Assembly: GCA_021498095.1 (NCBI GenBank)
Contig: JAIZWK010000001.1
Coordinates: forward strand, 2,820,001 to 2,852,000
Direction: 5' to 3'
From: Candidatus Harpocratesius repetitus
GTDB lineage: Archaea > Asgardarchaeota > Lokiarchaeia > Sigyniarchaeales > Promethearchaeaceae
Length of the DNA: 32,000 nucleotides
In this document: positions 1 through 8,782 of the stretch, one piece after another
How the letters are laid out: every line of letters begins with the position of its first letter
Position numbering within the stretch: position 1 is the first letter of the stretch
Notes under the pieces: generated by a model
The model's input: the letters and a program-made list of their open reading frames with translations, nothing else
What the model was told of the DNA's origin: nothing
Database searches by the model: none
Translations under genes and position numbers: made by a program

Positions 1-1389
1 TTCCGCACTACAACCCGATTAAATCATGGTAGAGCGGATGTAGTTTTTGGAACTATCGATAAAAAAGAGCAAACAGCTGAATTTGATTGGGATCGAAATC
101 GATGGGTTTGTGTTCCTTCAAATACACGCCCACAAAGAGCTGATCTGCTTCATCGTATGGCTCGAATGACAAATGATGCAGATGAATTCCCTTTCAATAA
201 ACTAGTTTTATCAGATAGAACAGTTAATGGAAAGAAAATTGGATTTGTAGCTGCAGGAATTGCCTATTCACATTTACAAGATGCATTAGTTGAATTACAA
301 TTAGAAAACTCAGTTTCAATATTGAAATTAGGTTTGGTAAATCCTCTACCACCCAAATCTTTGGAAAAATTACTAAAACATGTCGATGTTCTATTCGTTG
401 TGGAAGAATTAGAGCCTATTTTTGAAGAACAATGCAAAGCGCGCGCTTTTGAATTTGGATTGAGTAATTCAGTTGAAATTCATGGAAAAGATTTATTACC
501 ACAACAAGGGGAATTGCATCCAGAAACAATTACAGCTGCAATCGCAAAACTCTGTGGAATTGATTATTCTACTTCAGAAGTTCCAGCATTAGAAATTTCA
601 GCACCACCAAGATTGCCCCAAATGTGTCCAGCTTGTTCCCATAGAAATATTTATTGGGTAATGAAAAAGGTAGCCAAGAAATTAAAAAAGAAATTCGCAA
701 ATAATAATGATATTGGCTGTTATTCACTCGGTGTTTACAAACCTTTGGAAATGGCTGATACAGCATTATGTATGGGTGGAAGTATTGGTATGGCAAATGG
801 AATGGCTAAGGTACTTCCTGATGATGTTATTGTTACTGCATTTTTAGGCGATTCCACCTTTTATCATTCAGGTGTGGCACCTCTACTTAATGCAGTATAT
901 AACCAAAATGATATATTAGTTATTATTAGTGATAACAGTTTTACAAGCATGACAGGGGGGCAGAATAATCCATCAAATGGAATACTATTAACTGAAGAAG
1001 TTGGAACACAAATTCCTATTGAAGAAGTAGTAAAGGGATGTGGTGTTCCAGCTGATAAGATATGGATCCATGAAGCATATGATATGGATGGATTAATGGA
1101 AAAATTTGAAGAAGCAGCAAAAGCAAGTGGAGTTAGAGTTTTCATCAATCGTCACATGTGTGCTTTACAAGAGTTAAGGGTATTCAAAAAACAAAAAGTA
1201 GTTCTTCCAGTTATAAAAGTTGATCCTGAAAAATGTAATGGATGTCAAGTTTGTGTTCGGCAATTTGGTTGTCCTGCAATAAATTTCAATTTTGAAACCA
1301 AAAAAGCCTATATTGATCAGTCTCAATGCAGATCATGTAAGACTTGCATTTATATCTGCCCTCAACAAGCATTTTATGTAGAAAAATAA
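1..1389 (+). CDS. iorA: Indolepyruvate:ferredoxin oxidoreductase alpha subunit (5' end outside the window)
   Basis: Frame 1 is open from base 1 (FRTTTRLNHGRADV...), so the gene starts before the window. Motifs: PPRLPQMCPACSH, DIGCY, TPP-binding GDSTFYHSG...DN, and C-terminal CxxCxxC...C ferredoxin motifs. Confidence 0.9.
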   Translation, partial: FRTTTRLNHGRADVVFGTIDKKEQTAEFDWDRNRWVCVPSNTRPQRADLLHRMARMTNDADEFPFNKLVLSDRTVNGKKIGFVAAGIAYSHLQDALVELQLENSVSILKLGLVNPLPPKSLEKLLKHVDVLFVVEELEPIFEEQCKARAFEFGLSNSVEIHGKDLLPQQGELHPETITAAIAKLCGIDYSTSEVPALEISAPPRLPQMCPACSHRNIYWVMKKVAKKLKKKFANNNDIGCYSLGVYKPLEMADTALCMGGSIGMANGMAKVLPDDVIVTAFLGDSTFYHSGVAPLLNAVYNQNDILVIISDNSFTSMTGGQNNPSNGILLTEEVGTQIPIEEVVKGCGVPADKIWIHEAYDMDGLMEKFEEAAKASGVRVFINRHMCALQELRVFKKQKVVLPVIKVDPEKCNGCQVCVRQFGCPAINFNFETKKAYIDQSQCRSCKTCIYICPQQAFYVEK

Positions 1390-1486
1390 TTATTCACTCA
1401 TTCTCTATCAATTAATTGTTAGAAAAATTAGAAAATGAGGAATAATTTGTTTTTTTCTTCTTTCATTATGGAATCGTGATAAAAAA

Positions 1487-2866
1487 ATGACGAATTTATT
1501 CTTTTCACCAAATTCAATAGCCATAATTGGCGCAACTGAAGATCCTAAGAAATTTGGAAACGCAGTTACTTCAAATATTGTTAAAAATCCAAAATTAACG
1601 GCGAAAATTTTCCCTATCTCTCGATCCAGCTCAACAATTCTTGGATTAACTGCTTACCGTAGCATTTTAGATGTTCCAGAGTCAGTAGATTTAGCTATTA
1701 TTCTTGTTCCTGCAAAATTTGTTCCCAGTGTAGTTGATGATTGCATTGAAAAAAAAGTCAAGCGTATTATTATAGTTACAGCTGGTTTTGGTGAAATCAG
1801 CCCTGAAGGTAAAGAAATTGAACAAAAAATGGCAGAAAAATGCCGTAATGCTGGAATTAGAGTCATTGGTCCAAATTGTGTCGGAATTCAAAATGTTGAT
1901 ATTGGTATGAATGCATCTTTTATCCAAGACCCTCTTCCTGGAAAAATTAGCATGGTCTCGCAAAGTGGGTCATTTGGTTGTGCGATCATGGATGGTCTAA
2001 AGTGGAATGATATGGGAATGTCGAAATTTGCCAATATCGGCAATGCAATGGATGTATCATTCGATGAGATTCTGGAATTCTTTAATACTGATCCAAATAC
2101 ACATGTAATCGCGATATACTTAGAAGCCGTTAAAGATGGTGCTGCATTTTACCAGGTACTGAAAAAAATAGCCCCAAATAAACCAGCAGTTGTCTTAAAG
2201 GGAGGAAGAACACAAGCCGGAATGGCTGCTGCAGGAAGTCATACAGGTTCTCTTGCATCAAATTATACTGTCCTTAAAGCAGCTGTTGATCAAGCAGGAG
2301 GAATTATGTGTGAAAACATCGAAGATTATATTACTACCTTGAAAACTTTTTCCTTACTTCCCATTCCAAAAGGTGTCAATATTGGAGTGTTAACAAATAG
2401 TGGAGGTGCAGGGGTATTATATTCCGACAGTGCTGAAGAATTAGGTTTAAAATTGTCTCCTTTTTCTGAGCATCTTAAAGAAAAATTGAAACCTTTAGTA
2501 ATCGATTTGGTTCAAATGGTAAATCCTTTAGATATGATTGCTGGCGCCAATGAAGAAAATTATTATAGGGTTACTAAAGCAATGTTGGAAGAAGATTCTG
2601 GAATAGATATAGTGGTGCCGTGTGGTGTTTATCCTCCATTCTTAGGAATGAAATTTGAGAAAAATCTTGAAGGAATGATACGCGCCTGGAATGAAACAGG
2701 CCGCAAAAAACCATTAATTCCATTATTAGTGTTCGGAAGTGGATATGAAAAAGTAAAAGAAGTAGCGACACGTGAATGTGTGCCTATTTTCTCGACACCT
2801 CATGAAGCCGCATATGCAACTAAAGTTTTAATTCAACGGATGAAGGTTCTTGATCGAGATCGATAA
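1487..2866 (+). CDS. acdA: ADP-forming acetate/acyl-CoA synthetase alpha subunit
   Basis: CoA-binding N-terminus (IAIIGAT, DLAIILVP, GPNCVG), SQSGS, phospho-His motif SHTGSLA, and TNSGGAG / NPLDM in the ligase domain. Confidence 0.9.
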   Translation: MTNLFFSPNSIAIIGATEDPKKFGNAVTSNIVKNPKLTAKIFPISRSSSTILGLTAYRSILDVPESVDLAIILVPAKFVPSVVDDCIEKKVKRIIIVTAGFGEISPEGKEIEQKMAEKCRNAGIRVIGPNCVGIQNVDIGMNASFIQDPLPGKISMVSQSGSFGCAIMDGLKWNDMGMSKFANIGNAMDVSFDEILEFFNTDPNTHVIAIYLEAVKDGAAFYQVLKKIAPNKPAVVLKGGRTQAGMAAAGSHTGSLASNYTVLKAAVDQAGGIMCENIEDYITTLKTFSLLPIPKGVNIGVLTNSGGAGVLYSDSAEELGLKLSPFSEHLKEKLKPLVIDLVQMVNPLDMIAGANEENYYRVTKAMLEEDSGIDIVVPCGVYPPFLGMKFEKNLEGMIRAWNETGRKKPLIPLLVFGSGYEKVKEVATRECVPIFSTPHEAAYATKVLIQRMKVLDRDR

Positions 2867-2936
2867 CTTTTTCATTAATTTTACTTCACTTTTTTTTTGG
2901 TGTTTTAATTCTTTACTTTATCAATTTTTATCAATA

Positions 2937-3803
2937 TTACTTTTTTTCTGCTATTTTCTTTTTGCTTTGAATCAATAAATAGCAAATCATAACACACCCA
3001 AAGGCGATTCTCAATACTAATGTAATTATAAATGCTATGGATATAGACTCTCCAAAAAAAGCCGCAATACCCCACCAAAAAGGATTTTCTGCTATAAAGT
3101 AAGCAATACAAATCCCCCAAATATTACCTGTTTTGTAATATGAATAACTAAATAAAAACCCAAAAAGAACAATATCAACTGGATCCCACTTTCCAGTAAT
3201 TAAAGGTGTATTATATAATAATGAAAAAAAAACAGGAACTATTAAAAGAGGGAACTTTCTTATTGTATTTCTTTTTGTATTTCTTTTTGTTAATTGGGAA
3301 TTAATAGTATTTACTAAATTTAAGATTTCAATTGGTAAAGCAATCCAAAGAATAAATACTAAGCATCCGACAAATATCCATTGTAATTCTTTAATTATAA
3401 TGAAAAGATTACTAGGAGAATTTAATGCCCAAGAAGGTTGAATTGCAGTGAGAATTGTATCTTTACCAACAATAAAAATCCCAATTAACCAAGCGATATT
3501 CAAAGGTGTTACAATAGATATTGCTAAGGAAATACTTTTCTTAAAACTTTGATTTTTATTATTCTTTAATGAGAAAATTCTTGACAATTTACAATTTTTA
3601 AATAAATTACCAAATTTAATAATAGTTAGAGCCACAAACAATAAAATAATATCTCCAATAATGGTAAAAGCAGAATAATTGAAAAATGCATACTGTAAAA
3701 AGAATAATATCGCATAATAGAATACAATTGCAGTAATTTGTTTAATTTTAAGGTTTCTATTTTTTTCTTCTTTCCCTATTTCTTTTTTTAATTTTTGCGA
3801 CAT
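2937..3803 (-). CDS. Multi-pass membrane protein, CPBP/Abi-like with degenerate catalytic motifs
   Basis: Several hydrophobic helices. The C-terminal pattern FSLLYN...GFLFSYSYYKTGNIWGICIAYFIAEN resembles CPBP motifs 3 and 4. Confidence 0.5.
   Translation of the reverse strand: MSQKLKKEIGKEEKNRNLKIKQITAIVFYYAILFFLQYAFFNYSAFTIIGDIILLFVALTIIKFGNLFKNCKLSRIFSLKNNKNQSFKKSISLAISIVTPLNIAWLIGIFIVGKDTILTAIQPSWALNSPSNLFIIIKELQWIFVGCLVFILWIALPIEILNLVNTINSQLTKRNTKRNTIRKFPLLIVPVFFSLLYNTPLITGKWDPVDIVLFGFLFSYSYYKTGNIWGICIAYFIAENPFWWGIAAFFGESISIAFIITLVLRIAFGCVMICYLLIQSKKKIAEKK
3263..3290. repeat. In-frame 12-bp tandem duplication
   Basis: TTGTATTTCTTT x2 plus TTGT; encodes TKRNTKRN on the minus strand. Confidence 0.7.
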
Positions 3804-4015
3804 AATATTTGTTAAATCGAATTTTTTTTTTAAACTTTTTAATTATTCAATATTTAAAATGAAGAAATCCTATAATATCATCAAGTTCAAAGAAGAAAAT
3901 TTAAAATTTTTAACTTTAGTATTCAATATTCACTTAATATTCGAAGATTTATCCTCAATTCATTTCTATATTTAAATTTAAAATATGGTATGAGATAGAG
4001 AAAAGTGATTTAGAA

Positions 4016-5077
4016 ATGCGAATTATTGTAATTGGGGCAACAGGATTGCTGGGTTATTATACTTGCTTATTAGCCCTTAAAAAAGGACATATAATTAAAG
4101 GTTTCGCTCTACCTGAAGTGAATTTGGAGAAATGGTTTCCATCAACAATTCCATTAACTTTTGGCTCTATCTTTACCATGTCCAAAAAAAAATTAGTTAA
4201 ACAATTACAAGGAGCGGATGTGTTAGTATATGCAGTAGGGCCTGATGATAGAACAGTTCCTAAGGCTCCGGCGGAAGAATTCTTTCACAAATACTTAGTA
4301 GATGAATGTATAAAAGTTGTTCAAGCAGCTCATGAAGCAAAATTATCCCGTGTGGTTATTTTAAGTTCATATTTTACATATTTTGATAACATTCATCCAG
4401 AATACCACTTAGCAGAACATCATCCTTATATAAAAGCTAGAGTTCAGCAGGCTAAACAAGTTCTTGCTGAAAATACTCCAGAATTCCAAATTATAGTTCT
4501 TCAATTACCATATATATTCGGTTCAATACCCACCCGTATTCCACTATATAGAGATTCATTATTCAAATTCATTCTCAACATGAATCCTATCTTTTTCCCA
4601 AAAGGAGGTTCAAATATGATAAGTGTGAAGCATGTAACTGAAGCAATTTATGGAGCAATTTATGGAGCAATTTATGGAGCAATTTATGGAGCAATTTATG
4701 GAGCAATTTATGGAGCAATTTATGGAGCAATTCTATATGGCAAAGGCGGACAAACATATTTAATTGGTGATGAAAATCATTCATGGAAAACAATGATTAA
4801 AATAGTACTTGAAACATTGAATATGAAAAAGAAGATAATATCGATTCCTTGGTATTTAGCTGCCTTAAAAGGGCGCCAAATTCAAAAAGAATATCTTCTT
4901 GCAGGAAAAGAACCTGGATTAAATAATATACATATTTTTCGCGATATTGAAGCAAGGCATTTTTATTTTGATCCAACTCCCAGTAGAAATATCTTGCGTT
5001 ATGGAAGCGGGGGAATTCAAGAAGCTATTCAAGAAACAGTGAAAGCATGTTATCCTGAAAGATTTAATGCATCATAG
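4016..5077 (+). CDS. NAD-dependent epimerase/dehydratase family (extended SDR)
   Basis: Rossmann motif VIGATGLLG, a YxxxR catalytic-position motif (PYIKAR), and LQLPYIFG. Contains an internal (GAIY)n repeat. Confidence 0.85.
   Translation: MRIIVIGATGLLGYYTCLLALKKGHIIKGFALPEVNLEKWFPSTIPLTFGSIFTMSKKKLVKQLQGADVLVYAVGPDDRTVPKAPAEEFFHKYLVDECIKVVQAAHEAKLSRVVILSSYFTYFDNIHPEYHLAEHHPYIKARVQQAKQVLAENTPEFQIIVLQLPYIFGSIPTRIPLYRDSLFKFILNMNPIFFPKGGSNMISVKHVTEAIYGAIYGAIYGAIYGAIYGAIYGAIYGAILYGKGGQTYLIGDENHSWKTMIKIVLETLNMKKKIISIPWYLAALKGRQIQKEYLLAGKEPGLNNIHIFRDIEARHFYFDPTPSRNILRYGSGGIQEAIQETVKACYPERFNAS
4642..4732. repeat. Perfect in-frame 12-bp tandem repeat, 7 copies plus 7 bp
   Basis: AGCAATTTATGG x7 plus AGCAATT, counted directly; encodes (AIYG)7AI. 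Confidence 0.98.
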
Positions 5078-5179
5078 GAACCAGCAATTTTTTATGAAAT
5101 GACTCGCTAATATTCTTGATTCCAGAAGCATTTTCTATTGAAGAACACTTTACATATTCATCTTGGAAAAAATAAAAGA

Positions 5180-5263
5180 GCGGGGATAATCAAGTCTGGT
5201 CCACGATGCTGGACTCAGAATCCAGTGCATAGCGCCGCGAGAGTTCGAAGCTCTCTCCCCGCA
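5180..5263 (+). tRNA. tRNA-Leu(CAG), intronless, CCA not encoded
   Basis: Acceptor stem GCGGGGA/TCCCCGC with discriminator A. Anticodon arm CTGGA-CTCAGAA-TCCAG. Long variable arm. T arm GAGAG-TTCGAAG-CTCTC. Confidence 0.95.
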
Positions 5264-5345
5264 TCAAAAATTTCACGTTGATAATTATAGAATTCTTCTT
5301 TTTACGAAATTAAAAGTGATTTTTTTTGATCAAAACTGAACATAC

Positions 5346-5463
5346 GTAAAAATACTGATTTGATTATACTTTTTTCGGTATATTGAAATATTTTTTCTGG
5401 AAAATATTCCCTTATGCTATTGCTTGATCTTATGTTCAAATTGTAAAAATGCTGATTTGATTA
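5346..5463. repeat. 21-bp dispersed direct repeat pair (1 mismatch)
   Basis: GTAAAAATACTGATTTGATTA at 5346-5366 and GTAAAAATGCTGATTTGATTA at 5443-5463. Confidence 0.85.
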
Positions 5464-5550
5464 CAAAAAATTAAGAAAAAAAAGTAATTGGCGACAATAT
5501 GATTTTCTTTAGAGTAAATTACGATTTTTATAGAGCTGTAAAATACATGT

Positions 5551-5620
5551 ATGTATTTGTATGTATTTGTATGTATTTGTATGTATTTGTATGTATTTGA
5601 ATGGATTTGAATGGATTTGA
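5551..5620. repeat. 10-bp tandem array with a polarised change of unit
   Basis: ATGTATTTGT x4, ATGTATTTGA x1, ATGGATTTGA x2. Confidence 0.95.
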
Positions 5621-5623
5621 ATT

Positions 5624-6307
5624 TCATCGGATCATCGTAAATTTTTCGGCTTTTTGCGCTTGGTCCAATTCATTCGAGAATTTTTCGTGTTTTTTAAGCC
5701 ATCCCAGATGATTTATCTCATATTCTAATTTCTTATGCATCCTAAACTCACTTTCAAGGGCGGGAATCATCTCATTTAAATTGAATTCCTTAAATTTATC
5801 GATTGCATACTTGTATAATCTTGATTTCGAACGTAAAAGAGGTATCGCCTCTGAATACACCTCATTGTATGATAGAACATCCACTTCTTACTGAATCCGA
5901 TTAAGCCAAGAGATGGCATCTTCTATGGATTTCGGAGTGATATTCATCATCCTTTTGCGCTCTCGCTCCTTTTCTTGCCGTTTTTCTTCCAGTATTCTAA
6001 GTTTTTCTCTCTCCTTTGCAATTCGGATTTCTTACATCTTCTTTTTGATTTTTCTTTGAATTCTCACTGCAAATATAGATAAAGCCAATACCAATAAAAT
6101 GCCGATAATATATCCTGTCGGTATCAAGAATTTGGACGGATCAGGATCAATACCATCTATAAAACCATCTCTATCCGTATCAGATTTATTAGGATCCGTA
6201 TTATATAAGATTACCTCATCACCATCGCTTAATCCATCCGAATCAGAATCCGCGCTTGATTCGCTTAAACCGATGGCTCGCTCCAAAATGTCAGGTAATG
6301 TTGGAAA
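5624..6307 (-). pseudogene. Remnant of a membrane-anchored protein (DxDxDG Ca-binding repeats, TM helix, coiled coil) with two in-frame TAA
   Basis: Track ORFs 6032..6286 and 5624..5884 are in the same frame, separated by TAA (6032-6034), 47 sense codons and TAA (5888-5890). No convincing start lies before LPDILERAIGL. Confidence 0.75.
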
Positions 6308-7174
6308 TTATAGGTTTTTTTTTATTGAGATTTATAATAAATTCTCCCATATGAATCTTTAAGGGTGTTTTTCGAAATTTTTACCTATAATTTTGCATGA
6401 TACAATTACAATACTGGAACTTGAACAGTTCTTCTTATATGCATCGAAAAGATGGATGAATTTGGATATGGGAGTATTCGAGAGGTGGTTCTATAGGATT
6501 TTGATGAGGATGGCAATACTCCCCGAATAAAGATAAAGTCAAAGGATATTCATAGCCGAAAAAACTCATGAAGCGATGTTATATAAGCCCTTAGTTTCAA
6601 ATTTTTTCCCCATTTTGAAATTTATGTTTTATTATTCATTTAGTAACCAAGTTTTTTGAAAAATAAAGCAGAATAGACACTTTCTAAAATTTCAGGTATA
6701 TTTTAAGCAATTACTACTGCATGAAAAGGATTTAGCAACTCATTCTTTATCGCTTCTCTTCTAAAATATTCAATTCATATTTTATATTAAAGATTAAGTT
6801 ATAAGAGGCTCTAGCAATTTTTTTTATCTTAATCAAATTCTATCTTTTGGGCCAATACTTTCGACAATACTCCTGCGCATCCAATTACTATTTGAGTCGG
6901 CACTTTTAAACCCTTAAATGCGGTCAAGAATTTCACATTTCCATCATTTTTCTTTGAATTATTGACTTAATTATATATTTTTTTCTTAAACGATGTTTCG
7001 ACAAATTTAAAATTGGGATAGATTTGGGTTTTGTGGATAGTCAATGCAAGATTTTCGGATTTCCTTCAATTTTTTGAATTCTGCTATAACCTCATAACTA
7101 CTAATTATATTTTTGAAAAGTATAGTTAATTATATTAAGATTAAACTCCAAATTATGTAAAGAGAGATGATCTT

Positions 7175-7558
7175 ATGAGTAAAAAGGAAGTAATTAATGG
7201 AAGAGCGCCGTTTAGTGATGCGGTTAAAATAGGGAATGCAGTATATATTTCTGGACAAATTCCAAAGAATCCAAAAACAGGAGCATGGGACTCAACCATA
7301 GAAGGCCAAACTACACAATGTTTGGAAAATATTAAAAAAATTTTGGAAAAAGCTGGCGGTAATGTCTCTGATATCGTAAAAATTACCGTTTTTCTAACAG
7401 ATATTAGAAATTATGCTAAAATGAATAGTGCCTACATAGATTTTTTTAAGAAAAATGGAATTGAGAAAGAGCTTCCTGCTCGATCAGCTGTTCAAGTAGG
7501 AAAACTCATGTATGAAGAATGGAATATTGAAATTGATGCTGTAGCTATTCTTGAATAA
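7175..7558 (+). CDS. ridA: RidA/YjgF/UK114 family enamine-imine deaminase
   Basis: APFSDAV, YISGQIP, PARSAVQV (conserved Arg) and IEIDAVA. Confidence 0.88.
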   Translation: MSKKEVINGRAPFSDAVKIGNAVYISGQIPKNPKTGAWDSTIEGQTTQCLENIKKILEKAGGNVSDIVKITVFLTDIRNYAKMNSAYIDFFKKNGIEKELPARSAVQVGKLMYEEWNIEIDAVAILE

Positions 7559-7562
7559 GCGC

Positions 7563-7611
7563 AAAATATTAAATTATCTGTATTTATAGCGCGGTTTTTT
7601 TTTAATATTTT
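7563..7611. terminator. Possible bidirectional terminator (11-bp inverted repeat with T-tract)
   Basis: AAAATATTAAA (7563-7573) and TTTAATATTTT (7601-7611) lie between convergent genes. The arms are A/T only, so support is weak. Confidence 0.35.
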
Positions 7612-7629
7612 AAGATATTAGATAGAATT

Positions 7630-7875
7630 TTAGTCTGAATGCTTTTTTGGAGTAAAACCATGGCACGCATTATAATTGAAAAGCGGACCAGACCATAATT
7701 CACAATATCCCAACGCTTCAGGATTAGCTGAGCAATATTCATGAATATCATTACCTTCTACTAGGCAATTAAAGAAATAATAACATTCTTCACAGCTTAA
7801 TTGCTTAATTGATTTCTCAGCGAAGTTTCCAGCTGAAATCCCAGCTGAATTATCCGGTTGTTTTTCGATTTGCAT
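7630..7875 (-). CDS. Small Cys-rich hypothetical protein, possibly metal-binding
   Basis: 81 aa with six Cys (CEEC...C...C...C...C); lies 29 bp after the flxA stop, in the same orientation. Confidence 0.6.
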   Translation of the reverse strand: MQIEKQPDNSAGISAGNFAEKSIKQLSCEECYYFFNCLVEGNDIHEYCSANPEALGYCELWSGPLFNYNACHGFTPKKHSD

Positions 7876-7904
7876 AGAAATCTCCTTTTTTATTTGATGT
7901 ATTA

Positions 7905-8780
7905 TTATTCATCACTTAAGAGTGTATTTAATTCGGCTTGAGAAAATACAGGCCCATCGATGCAGACAAATTTATTTCCGATATTACAACGCCCGCACTT
8001 TCCAATTCCACATTTCATCCTCCGTTCAAGAGAAAGATAGATTTGAGGATCTGTAAAACCCAATTCTCGAAGAACGGGAAGAGTGTATTTAATCATGATG
8101 GGTGGTCCACACACAAATGCAAGACTATTTTGTGGAGAAGGTGCGACTTCTTTAGTAATTGTTGGCACAAAACCCACTTTTTTATCCCAGTTTGGATGAG
8201 CTCGATCAATTGTTAAATAAACTCCAATATCATTCATTTTTTCCCATTCAGATAACTCAGATTTATAGCAGAATTCTCCAGGATTTCGACATCCGTAAAT
8301 AATTGTGATATTTTGAAATTTCTTGCGGTTATCTGAATTTAAAATAAACACAATCAATGAGCGCAAGGTAGTAAAAGCAAAACCCCCTCCGATAATGACA
8401 ATATTTTTTCCTTCTGCTTCTTGCATTGGCCAGCCATTACCAAATGGTCCTCTTATTCCAATTTTTTTCCCTATTTTAGCAGAATGAAGTTGACTGGTAA
8501 CTTTTCCTGTTTTTTTCACGGTAAATAATAGATAATCTTCTTCAGTTGGAGAACTAGCAATTCCAATGGGAGATTCGCCCACACCAAACACATTTAATTC
8601 AGCAAATTGACCTGGAACAAAAGACTTATAAAATCTTTCTTTAGCATCTGGATCATCGAAGATTAACTTAAATGTTTTTAAATCATTTTCATCATTTTCT
8701 GAATTAATATTTTCAATAGTAACAATGTCTGGAATATAAGGATTTTGAATTAGCTGATGATTTTGTTGTTCTTTTAGCAG
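7905..8780 (-). CDS. flxA: FAD/NAD(P)-binding [2Fe-2S] subunit, FlxA/AsrB/HydG family; probable CTG start
   Basis: GPFGNGW, IGGGFAFTTLRSL, CGPPIM and ERRMKCGIGKCGRC...C..GPVF. The frame stays open upstream of the track start (8591) through NPYIP and PGQF up to 8786, with no ATG/GTG/TTG in that stretch. Confidence 0.85.
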   Translation of the reverse strand: MLKEQQNHQLIQNPYIPDIVTIENINSENDENDLKTFKLIFDDPDAKERFYKSFVPGQFAELNVFGVGESPIGIASSPTEEDYLLFTVKKTGKVTSQLHSAKIGKKIGIRGPFGNGWPMQEAEGKNIVIIGGGFAFTTLRSLIVFILNSDNRKKFQNITIIYGCRNPGEFCYKSELSEWEKMNDIGVYLTIDRAHPNWDKKVGFVPTITKEVAPSPQNSLAFVCGPPIMIKYTLPVLRELGFTDPQIYLSLERRMKCGIGKCGRCNIGNKFVCIDGPVFSQAELNTLLSDE

Positions 8781-8782
8781 TT

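Noticed and set aside
3844-3930. TATTCAATATT repeated in the divergent promoter
   Set aside because: An almost all-A/T 11-mer in very AT-rich DNA; chance is plausible.
4587-4793. Antisense ORF with (HKLL)n
   Set aside because: It is the reverse reading of the GAIY repeat within a real gene.
5244-5250. Unusual G at T-loop position 60 of tRNA-Leu
   Set aside because: A single deviation; all stems pair and identity features are intact, so it is not evidence of a pseudo-tRNA.
5436-5627. 63-aa ORF with YKYIQIHTNT-like repeats
   Set aside because: It is a by-product of the 10-bp array in low-complexity DNA, with no family features.
6452-6571. Possible gene fragment MDEFGYGSIREVVL*DFDEDGNTPR... 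with an FG-GAP-like DFDxDG
   Set aside because: Only 39 codons with an internal stop; one short motif is not enough to call.
5244-7170. attR copy of the tRNA 3' end or an integrase
   Set aside because: No duplicate of CTCTCTCCCCGCA and no integrase ORF was found by eye.
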